Source: Prasinococcaceae sp. CCMP 1430
Lineage: Eukaryota; Plantae; Prasinodermophyta
Direction: 5' to 3'
Length of the DNA stretch: 64,000 nucleotides
NCBI GenBank assembly: GCA_013416795.1
Contig: RQSC01000002.1
Coordinates: forward strand, 554,808-618,807
Shown here: piece after piece, positions 1 through 11,095 of the stretch
Layout of the letters: every line of letters starts with the position of its first letter
Numbering within the stretch: position 1 is the first letter of the stretch
Program-made: the position numbers and the translations under genes
The notes under the pieces: model-generated
Database searches by the model: none
The model's input: only the letters and a program-made list of their open reading frames with translations
What the model was told of the DNA's origin: nothing

Positions 1-128
1 GAGAGCCGTCGCCGACGCCGGCATTGACGCGGTCGAGGGCGTTGCGAATTCCCCGCATGAACGAGAGGCCGATGCCGTTCAGGTCGGCACGTGCACCGCC
101 GCCGCCGCCGCCGCCGATGCTGTCATCA
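1..128 (-). CDS. Exon of an unidentified gene running off the left edge
   Basis: Minus-strand intron ~129-275 (GT donor, CTGAC branch-like motif, CAG acceptor) followed by an open frame GDDSIGGGGGGGARADLNGIGLSFMRGIRNALDRVNAG; start not resolved. Confidence 0.35.
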
Positions 129-790
129 CCTGTTCGCGAAAAGGCATCAGGTCAGTCCCCCCACCCACCCGGCCCGCGCGACCCACGGGACGGTTGGCCG
201 TGAGCTGTGAGCTCGAGGGAGCTGAGCGCCTCCCCCTTGCCCCCTCACCCTCCCCACCCCCCCCCACACACACACCTCTCGCCGCCAGCCGCGCCGCGAG
301 TGGCGCCGCGCGCGCCAGCGCATTCGCGTTCGCGCGTGTGTCCTGTCTCCCCCCTCCGCACGCCAACGGGCAGAGACACTCGCTGCCGCGGAGGGGGGCC
401 CCTCGTCAAAACGCACGCGAAGGCGAAAGCGCAAGGCTTTTCGGTTCAGAAGCGGTGAGGGTTTGTGAATGCGCTCATGTGACGGCACAAGGCATGCGAC
501 GCTCGCGTCGGCGTCGGCGTCCGTCGAACGCGGTTCAGGTTCGGATCTGGGAACGGCCGGAGTCGCCCGCCCGGGACCTTTTTCGCCCGTCGGTCTTGGT
601 CGCAGAACCCGCATCCGAATCCGGATTTTGGCAGCGCGCAGGTGGTCGTGCCCTGGGTGTGCCACACCTCGGAATGCGCGTTTGGATTCGGATTTTGGGT
701 GGTCGCGAAGGGTGGGTGGGTGTGCGAGCGACGGAGGAAAATTCGGAATCGGATGCCCTGAAGCCAGGGTGTTTCTCTGCGGGATACCGC

Positions 791-967
791 ACCAGGGTCG
801 TCGGATATGCGGATTAGGGCACCAGGGTCGTCGGATTAGGGTGTGCTGGGTTTTATTTTCTCGCACCAGGGTCGACGGATTAGGGAACCAGGGTCGTCGG
901 ATTAGGCCCCACGCCGAAAAGCTCGTAAAACTGGAACTTCTGGCACGAAAAGCTCGTACACTGGAAC
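791..967. repeat. Short intergenic direct-repeat cluster
   Basis: ACCAGGGTCG(T/A)CGGAT(TAGG) at 791, 821, 865, 887; GAAAAGCTCGTA(A/C)ACTGGAAC at 916 and 947. Confidence 0.85.
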
Positions 968-1199
968 GTTTTCCACACAGAAACAGGTTCACATCAAATC
1001 CCAAGCCTCCCAAATGGCAAGTGTGTCAAATCCAAAGCGAAGGCGATCGCGGCGGGAGCGCCCGCGGACGTAGAAACCGCGTCTTTGGAATGCGGCGTGG
1101 GCCGCGGAAATCAAATGAATTGTTGAAAGGGCAGATGTTTTACGGAGATGGATTGGTGTCGAGGCGTGAAGTTGCCGGGGGCGTTCCCCGGGCGCTCGC

Positions 1200-4100
1200 G
1201 TGCTGCGCAGCGAGCGCCAGCCACAGCGCGGGGCGCCGGCGCCGGCGCCAGGAGCCGGGGGCAAGGTCCGCGTGCACGTCGTGCCGCACACGCACGATGA
1301 CGTGGGCTGGCTGAAGACGGTCGATCAGTACTACTACGGCGCGAACAACACCATCCAGCCGGTGGGGGTGCGGTACATCCTCGACAGCGTGATCGCTGCG
1401 CTCGCAGCCGATCCGAAACGGACCTTCATGTACGTGGAGACTGCCTTCTTCTCGCGCTGGTTCGACGAGCAGAGCGACGCCACTAAGGCGCTCGTGCGCA
1501 AGTTGGCCGCCTCTGGCCAGCTCGAGTTCGTCAACGGCGGCTGGTGCATGCACGACGAGGCCGCAGCCAACTACGTGGGCATGATCGACCAGACGACGCT
1601 CGGGCACCGTTACCTCAAGGAACACGTGGGCGTGCAGCCCACCGTGACATGGCAGATCGATCCCTTCGGCCACGCCGCCGTGCAGGCGTCGCTGCTGGGT
1701 GCAGAGTCGGGCTTCGACGCCCTCTTTTTTGGCCGCTCCGACTACCAGGACCGCGCCCGCCGTACGACTGCGCAAGAGCTGGAGATGGTGTGGCGAGGCT
1801 CGAGCAGCCTGGGCTCGTCGGCGGAGATCTTCACCGGCGCCTTCCTGAGCGGCAACTACGGGCCACCGCCGGGATTCGACTGGGGTGGCGGCTGCGCCCA
1901 TCTGGGTTGCGACCCGCCGGTTTGCGACAACCCCGAGCTCGAGGACTACAACGTGCCAGAGCGCGTGGAGGCCTTCGTGCGCGCAGCCAGCGCCTACGCG
2001 AAGGCGTACAAAGGCAGCGCGGCCAACGGCACCCTCGACGTGATGTTCACCATCGGCAGCGACTTCTGGTACGCTGGTGGCGGCCACATCTTCACCAACA
2101 TGGACAAGATCATCGAGCACGTCAACGCCGACGGCCGCGTGGAGGCGCTGTACTCCACGCCGAGCCAGTATGTGGCCGCTAAGGCCGCTTCTGGAATCAC
2201 ATTTCCGCTCAAGACACACGACTTCTTCCCGTACTCGGATGCGCCGTATGCGTACTGGACGGGCTACTTCACGAGCAGGCCCGCGCTCAAGGCGTACGTG
2301 CGTAAGGGCCAGGCCACGCTGCAGGCGGCGCGCCAGCTTGAGTTTGCGACCGACGCCTCGAGAAAGGTGACCGCGAAGCTTGACGAGGCCGTGTCGGTGG
2401 CGCAGCACCACGACGGCGTGAGCGGCACCTCCAAGCAGCACGTGGCTGACGACTACGTCAAGCGCATCGCCAAGGGCATCGCCGCTGCCGAAGAAGGCAT
2501 GGCCACGGCGATGGCCGCCATGGCCGCGCATGGTGGCGCTGTCACCGCCGGCGTGCTTCCGAGCGGGCATGGGGTAGCCTCCGCGTCGGCGCGCAGGCAG
2601 CTTCGCGCCTCCATGAAGCAGCCGTCGGCCCTCATGGACGTCGCCGAGACCAGTGCCGTCGATGCGACCCTGTCGTTCTGCAACCTGCGCAACGTGAGCT
2701 CTTGCGATGCGAGTGCTGCCGCCCCGACGGCACCAGTGAGCGTGGTCGTGTACAACCCCACCGGCTGGGATCGAAAGGAGGTACTCCGCGTGCCCGTGGG
2801 TGACGCGTCTGTGCAGGTCACTGCTCCCAGTGGCGATGTGGTCACGAGCCAGGTGGTCGCGGTGCCTGCTGCCACCGTAGCGGTCGCCGCAGCGGACGGT
2901 GGCAAGGCGGCGCCGTACGAGGTCGCATTTGAGGTAGAGGTTCCCCCGCTCGCCACCGCAACCTACCTGATCCACGCGAGCGCGTCCGGCGCCGAGTTGG
3001 TGGTCGTTGAGAGGCGCGAGGCAGGGCAGGTCTTCAGCGCAACGAACGGCTTCGTGACCCTCGACTTCGACGCCACGGGCCGGCTGGCCAAAATGAGCGT
3101 GAATGGCGCCGCGGATGGTGCTGCTGGGCTGTCTGCCGAAGTGAAGCACGACTTCGTGTGGTACAATTCGAGCGACGGCAACACCGCCGAGAACCACGGC
3201 CAAGCCGGTGGCGCTTACATCTTCCGGCCAAACTCGTCGACTCCGCTCCCCGTGAGCAGTGGCGAGGTGAGCGTAGACGTGCAGAATGGTCCGCTCCTCA
3301 CGCAGGTGACGCAGACTTGGGGCGCGGGCGCGCCCCACGCGGCGGTGGCAAAGGGTGAGGCCTCCAGCTGGGTGTCGTGCGTGTGGCGTCTGCACAAGGG
3401 CGCTCAGCACGCGCAGATGGAGTGGACCGTCGGCCCCATCCCGCACGCCGACGGCCTCGGCAAGGAGGTGGTATCCAGGTTGGACACGAGCGTCGCCAAG
3501 GGCGTCAGCAAGGAGGACTACGCCTTCTGGACTGACTCGGCTGGGCGCGATGCCATTGAGCGCCGGATCAACTGGCGGCCGGACTGGGTGCTCAACATGA
3601 CCGACAACAACGCGACGATCGCCGGCAATTACTATCCCATTGGCTCTTTCTTGGGTGCTGCCGACGACGAGGCCGCGCTTTACGTGGTGAACGACCGCGC
3701 GCAGTCGGGTGGCAGCGTGCGACCGGGCCTCCTTGAGGTGATGGTTCACAGGCGCTTGCAGGTCGATGACGCCCGCGGCGTCGGCGAGCCACTCAATGAA
3801 ACGCGCGGCGGCGTCACCGACTATGCAGACGGCCAGCGCGGCGTCGGGCCCGGCCTGATTGTGCGAGGTGAGCACTCCCTCATTCTGGCAGCGCCTGACA
3901 AGGCGGCGAGGTCGTACCGCCTGCTCGGACAGCTGGCCATCCAGCCGCTCGTAGTTGGCTTCGGCGAGGGTACTGCTCTGCACCAAGCTGCGGTCGAGGC
4001 CGCTGCAGCCACCACGAGGGCCGCATACATCCCCGCGCTCCCCGGCAATGTCCAGCTCCTCACGCTGCAGGAGCTGTCGGACAGCACGGTGCTGGTTCGC

Positions 4101-4394
4101 CTGGCGCACGTCTTCGCCTCGTGCGAGGACGCTACTCTGAGCGACGAAACGACCGTGGACCTCTCCCGGCTCTTCCCCTCTGCGACCGTGCGCAAGATTA
4201 CGGAAACCACGCTGACCACCAATCGCGTCCGCGGCGAGCGCGAGCGCGAGACCTTCGAAGTGGAAGGGGGCAAGGGTTGGGCGCCCGACCGCGAGGCGCC
4301 GCTGGGCTCCGTAGCCTGGCCCAGCGAGGCGCAGCTGAGCGTGCGCCTCGTAGCGATGGAGATCAGGACGTTCGTGCTTGAGCTGGCACGATGA
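1200..4394 (+). CDS. Lysosomal/vacuolar alpha-mannosidase, GH38 (true start unresolved)
   Basis: Motifs VHVVPHTHDDVGWLKT, WQIDPFGH, YWTGYFTSRP, QHHDGVSGT, IAGNYYP, EVMVHRR, MEIRTF; no in-frame ATG between the stop at 1167 and the catalytic domain. Confidence 0.95.
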   Translation: MLRSERQPQRGAPAPAPGAGGKVRVHVVPHTHDDVGWLKTVDQYYYGANNTIQPVGVRYILDSVIAALAADPKRTFMYVETAFFSRWFDEQSDATKALVRKLAASGQLEFVNGGWCMHDEAAANYVGMIDQTTLGHRYLKEHVGVQPTVTWQIDPFGHAAVQASLLGAESGFDALFFGRSDYQDRARRTTAQELEMVWRGSSSLGSSAEIFTGAFLSGNYGPPPGFDWGGGCAHLGCDPPVCDNPELEDYNVPERVEAFVRAASAYAKAYKGSAANGTLDVMFTIGSDFWYAGGGHIFTNMDKIIEHVNADGRVEALYSTPSQYVAAKAASGITFPLKTHDFFPYSDAPYAYWTGYFTSRPALKAYVRKGQATLQAARQLEFATDASRKVTAKLDEAVSVAQHHDGVSGTSKQHVADDYVKRIAKGIAAAEEGMATAMAAMAAHGGAVTAGVLPSGHGVASASARRQLRASMKQPSALMDVAETSAVDATLSFCNLRNVSSCDASAAAPTAPVSVVVYNPTGWDRKEVLRVPVGDASVQVTAPSGDVVTSQVVAVPAATVAVAAADGGKAAPYEVAFEVEVPPLATATYLIHASASGAELVVVERREAGQVFSATNGFVTLDFDATGRLAKMSVNGAADGAAGLSAEVKHDFVWYNSSDGNTAENHGQAGGAYIFRPNSSTPLPVSSGEVSVDVQNGPLLTQVTQTWGAGAPHAAVAKGEASSWVSCVWRLHKGAQHAQMEWTVGPIPHADGLGKEVVSRLDTSVAKGVSKEDYAFWTDSAGRDAIERRINWRPDWVLNMTDNNATIAGNYYPIGSFLGAADDEAALYVVNDRAQSGGSVRPGLLEVMVHRRLQVDDARGVGEPLNETRGGVTDYADGQRGVGPGLIVRGEHSLILAAPDKAARSYRLLGQLAIQPLVVGFGEGTALHQAAVEAAAATTRAAYIPALPGNVQLLTLQELSDSTVLVRLAHVFASCEDATLSDETTVDLSRLFPSATVRKITETTLTTNRVRGERERETFEVEGGKGWAPDREAPLGSVAWPSEAQLSVRLVAMEIRTFVLELAR

Positions 4395-5705
4395 TGCCAT
4401 CGCGCTGGTGGATACAGAGTATCTCGTAGTACAGTACTGTAGTCCTACTACCATCTGATGGTGCTGTGCTACTGGTGATTGATTATGAGTTTTGAGTCAT
4501 TTCGAGGCGCGAGCGCAAGTAGTGCATCCCGCATGGTGACAGGCTCCTGCGCCTCCCTTGCCACGCCAAAGGCGCGTCAGGCAGTCGGTGAGGGTGCGCA
4601 GGCGTCGCGGGTCGGCGTCGTTCCCCACCAAGAACCCATGCTCGCCCACCGCCTCCAGTGTCATCATTGTCTTTGAGCCCGGCGCTGCGCACGGATCGGC
4701 GGCTGCCTCTCCCGCGCACCGCTGCAGGGCCAAAACCGGGAGCATGGACACCAAGACTCATTTTATGGCATCGCGTCTTGTTCCAGCCAATGATGGGGTG
4801 GATCTGGATCTGGGTTCGCGGACGGGCGTGTCGGCGCGGCCGCCGCGCGGCCGTGCGGGCGCGGGCGGGTTGCGGGGCCCGGCGGGTCAAACCGGCGCGC
4901 GCGCGCGCGCGCGCCGTCTGCGTCGTGCGCGGCCGCTTGTTTAGGGTCAGGGTACGACCTCAACCCCCAGATGGGGCGCGCGGCGACCGAGGAGACTCGA
5001 TGAAAAGCAGGGGCGCGAGCAAAATGGGGCGGACCCTCCGTCCCGGTCCGCGGCGGAGCATTTGAAAGCGTGTGCGCGCTCGCGTGCGCGAGCGCGCGAG
5101 CGAGTTGCGCGCGGCTGAAGGGAAGGGAGGGGGGGGCGGGNNNNNNNNNNNNNNNNNNNNNNNNNNNNNNNNNNNNNNNNNNNNNNNNNNNNNNNNNNNN
5201 NNNNNNNNNNNNNNNNNNNNNNNNNNNNNNNNNNNNNNNNNNNNNNNNNNNNNNNNNNNNNNNNNNNNNNNNNNNNNNNNNNNNNNNNNNNNNNNNNNNN
5301 NNNNNNNNNNNNNNNNNNNNNNNNNNNNNNNNNNNNNNNNNNNNNNNNNNNNNNNNNNNNNNNNNNNNNNNNNNNNNNNNNNNNNNNNNNNNNNNNNNNN
5401 NNNNNNNNNNNNNNNNNNNNNNNNNNNNNNNNNNNNNNNNNNNNNNNNNNNNNNNNNNNNNNNNNNNNNNNNNNNNNNNNNNNNNNNNNNNNNNNNNNNN
5501 NNNNNNNNNNNNNNNNNNNNNNNNNNNNNNNNNNNNNNNNNNNNNNNNNNNNNNNNNNNNNNNNNNNNNNNNNNNNNNNNNNNNNNNNNNNNNNNNNNNN
5601 NNNNNNNNNNNNNNNNNNNNNNNNNNNNNNNNGAGGCATGTCCGATCCGACCCCGCGCGGTGTGCTGGGCGTGGAGGGGCGTCGAGGAGAGCGTGGGCAG
5701 GGGAG

Positions 5706-6788
5706 ATGGCCGGCGGCGGAGGCGGGGGGGGCGGCGGCGCAGCCGGCGCAGCGCTACCGCGCGGCTTTTCGCGCGCGGCTGCTCTCGCGCGACCGGCGCA
5801 CGCGAGCACTGGCGACGAGGCGCTCGACGCGATGCTGGGAGGGGGCCTGCGGCGCGGCGCGATCACGGAGCTCGCCGGCGAGAGCACCGCGGGCAAGACG
5901 CAGGTCAGCCTGCAAGTGTCGGCCGCCACCGCGCTCGCCGGCGGTGCCGCACTCTGCTGCTACTCGGAGCACGACTTCCAGTCAAGCCGGCTCGCACAGA
6001 TTGCCGGGGGGCTCGCGGCCCGCGGCTTCTGCGACGGCACGCGCGCATGCGCGGCGACCCTGCCGTTCGCCGAGGAGGAGGGGTCCGGTGACACTGCCGC
6101 ACTCAGGCGACGAGCCGCCGAAAAGATACTGCTGCAGCGCGTGGACACGCCGGACGACGTGCTGCGCGCGCTGCGCGCCGCGCTGCCGCTCGCAGAGCGC
6201 TCCGCGAAGGCCGAGCGCTCGGGTGCTGCGCCACCCGCCCCGCTCAAGGCGTATCTACGCCTAGTGGTCGTCGACTCCATCGCGGCGCCCGTCAGGGAGG
6301 AGTACGAAAATACCGCTCGCGACATGCGCCTGCGCGCGGAGACGCTCTTTCGCATCTCCACGGTGCTGCGCACGATGGCGCACAAGTGCGGTCTGGCGGT
6401 GTTGGTGACCAATCACGTGAGTGACGTCATGGACCGCGCAGACGCACGCGCGGCCGCGGCAGGACTGGCGCTCGTGCGCGGCGAGCGTAGCGGAGCCGGC
6501 GTTGGCGGGCCTGGCGCGCTGTGTGCTCCAGCGCTGGGGCTCACGTGGGCGCACTGTGTGCACGTGCGCCTGTTCGCGTCGCGCACAGGGCGCACGCACC
6601 GGGAGCCGCTGGTGAACGCAACTGTCAACGCGGCTGGAGGTGCGACGGGGACTGAGCATCCCGTGCGGAAGCTGCAAGTGGTGTTCGCCCCGTACCTGCC
6701 TCGCTCGGAGTGCCACTACGTCATCGAAGCGTCTGGCGTCAGAGGCGTGCGCGTGGACACGTGTTTGCGCGCGCCCTGTGTGAGTTGA
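5706..6788 (+). CDS. XRCC3: RAD51 paralogue XRCC3-like
   Basis: STGDEALDAMLGGG, Walker A GESTAGKTQ, Walker B LVVVDSIAA, VLVTNHV, PALGLTWAHCV, VVFAPYLP; start at ATG 5706 or inside the upstream gap. Confidence 0.85.
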   Translation: MAGGGGGGGGGAAGAALPRGFSRAAALARPAHASTGDEALDAMLGGGLRRGAITELAGESTAGKTQVSLQVSAATALAGGAALCCYSEHDFQSSRLAQIAGGLAARGFCDGTRACAATLPFAEEEGSGDTAALRRRAAEKILLQRVDTPDDVLRALRAALPLAERSAKAERSGAAPPAPLKAYLRLVVVDSIAAPVREEYENTARDMRLRAETLFRISTVLRTMAHKCGLAVLVTNHVSDVMDRADARAAAAGLALVRGERSGAGVGGPGALCAPALGLTWAHCVHVRLFASRTGRTHREPLVNATVNAAGGATGTEHPVRKLQVVFAPYLPRSECHYVIEASGVRGVRVDTCLRAPCVS

Positions 6789-7080
6789 GACGCGGCCGGG
6801 CGCCGCGACGGCGGGACGCCCTGCAGGACTGCCTAGGCGCGGGCGTATGATGTGGCGAACGGCGATAATACGCAATAATAGCGCGTGCACACGCACAGCG
6901 CTGACAGAGGTGCTTGCTCTATTGAGGCCAAGACGAAATAAAATAATATGGTTCAACAATGGCGCGGTCTGACTGCAGCGCGTCTCGCGCGCGCCGGCCC
7001 GACGAGCAGGCGGTTGGCTCGCGGCGTCCGCGAGGAGCGTCACGTCGTGGCGTCTCGCGTGTCATCCTTGCCACAGGCCT

Positions 7081-9814
7081 TCAGAGAGTCAGTTCTGAGT
7101 GGTACACCGTCGCTGGAATGGCCGCCGTCCACTCAGGCAACGCGCTCATCGCATTCTGGAGCTCTTCGTTCTCCTCTGCGGGAGGAGTAGCAGCGCCCGC
7201 CACGCGCAGCTGAAGGGGCTCTTTCGCGTCCGCTTCTCTCTCGAGCCAGAACGCAAATCTCTCGCCCCCGCGGTCCTTTCCGCCGCAGTGTCTGGCGGCG
7301 AAGTACGGCTGATGGTTGCTCCACGTGTCAAAGCCGTCTGTCTCCGCCACAAGCTCCTGCGATAGCGACCACGCCTTCAGTGGGCCTTGCACGAGCGCCG
7401 CCAGAAATAGCGGCACGCGCGCCACGTGCTCGAGCTCGAAACGGACACGTCCGTTAGGCAAGGTTGCATTAGACACGACCCGCAGCGAGGGCATCGCCTC
7501 GCTCGGCAGCCTGGGCGCGTTGGGAAAGACCACCGTGTCGTGTAGCAGGTCATTCACGGGATAGACGGAGAGCCATTCCAGACCCGAAGGCTTTGCGGTA
7601 CGCCATGCATCGCCGGAAGCGCGCAGGAGCGGGGAAGATACGTGGGTCGCATCCAGCACGGTCGATAGCGGCGAGCTGTCAAGGCCCGCGAGCGCGAAGA
7701 AAGGCGCCGGCACTTCGCCGCCATCGCCGGGTAGGCGCACGCCGTGGACATGCGCAAGGACGAGGCGCTTCGGCGTGCCCGCCGTGTAGGCATTGGGAGT
7801 GGTTGCAGTGAGTGTTGTTGCGGCGACGGCTGCCGCGAGCACGAGCCCCATGCCCGTCCTGCGCGGCTTTGCGATGCACGCCACCGCCCACGGCGCTGCC
7901 GACGCGAAGGTCAACACAAGGCCGATGCCGGTGACGGCGCCGAGCCCCAAGTCGGGGACGCTCAGCCACATGGGCACGGCCGCTGCTGGAAGCGAGCCCG
8001 CCATTCCCAGCTTCTCTCCGAAGAATTGGATCAGGACGATGAATGATGACGCATTCATCGCCGCGGGCAGCGTCAGGATCGCGACCACGGCCAGCACTCT
8101 ACCGGCCCGCATCTGCTGCTCTGCTGGTGCAGGGACGGAAGGAGCCAACAGCAATGCGGCAATGGTCGATGCAACAGACGGCAGCGCCGTCATGTAGCTG
8201 GAGACGCCGCCGACAGACGCAACGAGGGCGGCGAGAGCCGCGAGCACGAGCGCTACACCTCGAACGCCATCGCGAAGAGCCAGGCCGGCCGAACGCGCCC
8301 CACCCAACGTCAGTACCACACCACCGACGGACGCGGGCGCGAAGACGCCGACCGCCCACGAGTACGGACGTGAGTAGAAACCCATTGGGATGCCCGGCAG
8401 CGCCGCCCACGCCACGGCAAGCAGCGCCGGGCATGCAATCGCCGCGAGAATCGCGACGGTCGCTGCGCGCGCGCCACTCGCGAGCCCCGAGTAGCTTTGC
8501 CCTACGCTCTCGCCTTGGGCCCGCGCGACCGCCGGCACGCCGAGCGCAAACAGCAGCGGCATCCCAGCGAGTGCGGCGATGCCAGCTTCGGTACCCACCA
8601 CGAGCACGCCTGCGGAAAGAACGTCAGTGTACGCTGCGCGGTGTGCATCGACTGCCTCAGGGGTCTCCTGCCCTTCACCCGCTGCGAGCCGCGTGGCAAA
8701 CTCGAGGCCGACGCTCAGCACCGTGTCCGCCATCGTTTGGAGCACGGGCAGCGGGAGCCGTTCGGCTGAGTCTCGGTCGGTGTGGTATGCGTAGCCGTCG
8801 AGCACGCTGGCGAGGTTGATTCCCTCCATACGACCTTCACCGGCACCCCAGACGCTCGCAAGCACGCTAAAGTCTGAATCAACCGGCAGCGCACCGCTCA
8901 CGAAGAGGTCCTGTCCCGCAGCCGTGCCCGACGGGTGCATCGCAGCAGCCGCGTAGGCCTCCACCGGCCATCGCCCCCGCGTCTGGAAGAGCACGAGTGG
9001 CGCCGAAGGCCCGGTGCTCTCGAGGTTGATGAGCACGCGGCGGCCTGCATTCGCCCACTCGTGCTGTAGCCAGCCATGCGCACCCTGCGAGAACGTCTCC
9101 TCGCCGCCGTTGAACACGAAGAGAAGCGGCGCCGCTGGCGGGGTGCCGCCTCCCGCCCCGTCGATGATGGCGCGCGCCGCCTCAAGCAGGCTCGCGACGC
9201 ACGCCGCGCAGTCGCTCGCACCAGCTGTACCCAGTGTCGAGTCGGTATGCGCATTGAGCACCACCGAGGGAGAAGACAACGGCGCACCCTTGGCGGCCAC
9301 TCGCAGCGCCACGACCGTGACGTTGGTGTACGCATTGGCGACAACCCGATTGAGCACGCGCTGCGGCGCGACGACGCCGGAGAAGTCCCGCACACTCACC
9401 GAAACGTCGAGGTCGGCACGCTCGCGAGCGGCGCGAGCGGCAAGATCTGACACCACATCTGTGACGTACGCGTTGGCGATGTGGAGCCCCTCGGTGCCCA
9501 TGTGCCTGAACCCGGCGCGTGCGCCGCTCTCCCGGGCCACAACACCCGATGCGCCTGCGAGTTGCTCGACGTGCGCGTGCGCACGCACCGCCGACGTGCG
9601 CGCCGCCGCGGCCGTCGCAGGCTCCACTGGCGGCGGCACGAGGTGCGTCGCGCGCGATGCTGCCAGCGCCATTATCGTCACCGCCCACACGCAGAGCACC
9701 GCCAGCGCACCGCCCGTGCCGCTGCCGCGGCCGCTGCGGTCCCACCGCGCCGCCGCCCCCTCCGCCGCGCGCGGCAGGTGCGCGCCGCCGCGTCACGTTC
9801 CCCTTCGAGGCCAT
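7081..9814 (-). CDS. ER membrane metallopeptidase, M28 / ERMP1-like
   Basis: LNAHTDS, GASDCAACV, FNGGEETFSQGAH, INLES, DSDFSV, YHTDRD, then many TM helices; likely ATG (9814) is out of frame with the main ORF (7081-9699). Confidence 0.9.
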
Positions 9815-9858
9815 CGCCCTCCCCCTCCAGCGGGGAGCAGGAGGGGCAAAGGGGGACA

Positions 9859-9896
<38 letters not shown>
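9859..9896. repeat. Poly-G tract (38 nt)
   Basis: Direct reading. Confidence 0.9.
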
Positions 9897-10016
9897 CGCT
9901 GCGGCGCGCACGCTGTGGCTCGCGCCTGGTCGTCGCCAGCACCGAACCATATCAAATCGCATTCACATTTACATCGAGCTGGGCAGAAATGCGTGTCGAC
10001 CGGTCGGCGCGATGAC

Positions 10017-10838
10017 TCACTGCGCGCTGGCGACCGACTGCGGCGTGTCCCGCGCGGCGTCGACCTCGACGGCACGGCGGATGCGGCAGTTAAGCGCGCC
10101 GGGAGCCTGCGGCGGAGGCGGCTTGCGCGCGTCAGCTGGCCGGTAGGCCGCATGGTCGTGGTCGCAAGGGGTGGCTGCGTGGCTGCGCTGAGCGGCGCGG
10201 CTCGCGTCCCCAGACGCAGACGCACCTCGGGCGGTATGGTCATGTCGCACGCGTCGTAGCTCGCGGCCGCCGCCGCGAGCGCGTCTTCGGGCAACCCCTC
10301 AAAGAGTTCGTCCAGCGACGAGGCAGCCAGGTCGAGGAACTGCACCGGCGTCTTGAAGTCTACGCTGACCCTCGCATTGTTTTGGTAGAGCACACCCTCC
10401 GCGAGCTCGATGGACTGCCCGATCTCCTCCACGACGCCAAAGTCCGCGCCCAGCTCCTCGACCAGCGTGAGCAGGCTCTGCTTGAGCGGACCGCTGAGAC
10501 GCGCGGTCGCCTTGCGCGAGAGCACGCCCAGGTCACATGGGAAGGTCGGAGCGGGGCACAGCTCCTTGAGCGACGTTATTTCCTCTCCGAGCACCGGGAT
10601 GGCCTGCCGCGAGGCGAATGCCGCCTCGAGCGCCTCCGTGGGATCCGTGATGGGGTCTCCGCTGTCGTAAATTGCACCTGCGGGCGCGGCACCGCCAACC
10701 AGCGCCACGCTCGCGCCCAGCACCGCCGCCGCCGCTGTCGCCGCCGCCGCGGGCGCTCATGGTCCTTTCCCCAGATCGATACTTTGCCGCAACCCCCGCC
10801 GCCATCCTCGCCGCCGCCACCGCAGCCGTCGCCGCCAT
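10017..10838 (-). CDS. Uncharacterised probable thylakoid-lumen protein, 2 exons
   Basis: Ala-rich leader, hydrophobic stretch ending APAGA (AxA cleavage), acidic helical domain; intron GTGCGT...CCGCAG ~10107-10224 joins DMTIPPE to APGALNCRIRRAV; frame offset in the leader. Confidence 0.6.
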
Positions 10839-11095
10839 GGCCGCCTCCAGTCCTGCCCCGGCGCGCACCCACGCCGCCCACGGGCGCCGCTCTGCCACGC
10901 CCGAGTGCGGGCGAGGCCCCCGTCAATGCCTTATCCACGACTTGTGTGTAAGGACCCTAGATGTGGAACCCTAAAATTCGCAACCCCTTCAGCGCCGGCA
11001 CACCGGTGTTGCGCGCCACGCGGGGCGCGTGCTGCTGCCCGTGGGGGGTTGCCGACGCGGGGTGTGGAACCCCTGCGGTGCGCACAAATGTTTGA

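Noticed and set aside
791-967. CRISPR-like repeat/spacer appearance
   Set aside because: Too few units, irregular and very short spacers, no cas genes, eukaryotic context
1140-4454. 1104-aa antisense ORF and the many other long overlapping ORFs
   Set aside because: Shadow ORFs expected at this GC content; no motifs, and they lie opposite well-supported genes
5141-5632. ORFs spanning N gaps (also near 15069, 37044, 40877, 44431)
   Set aside because: Frame continuity across Ns is meaningless
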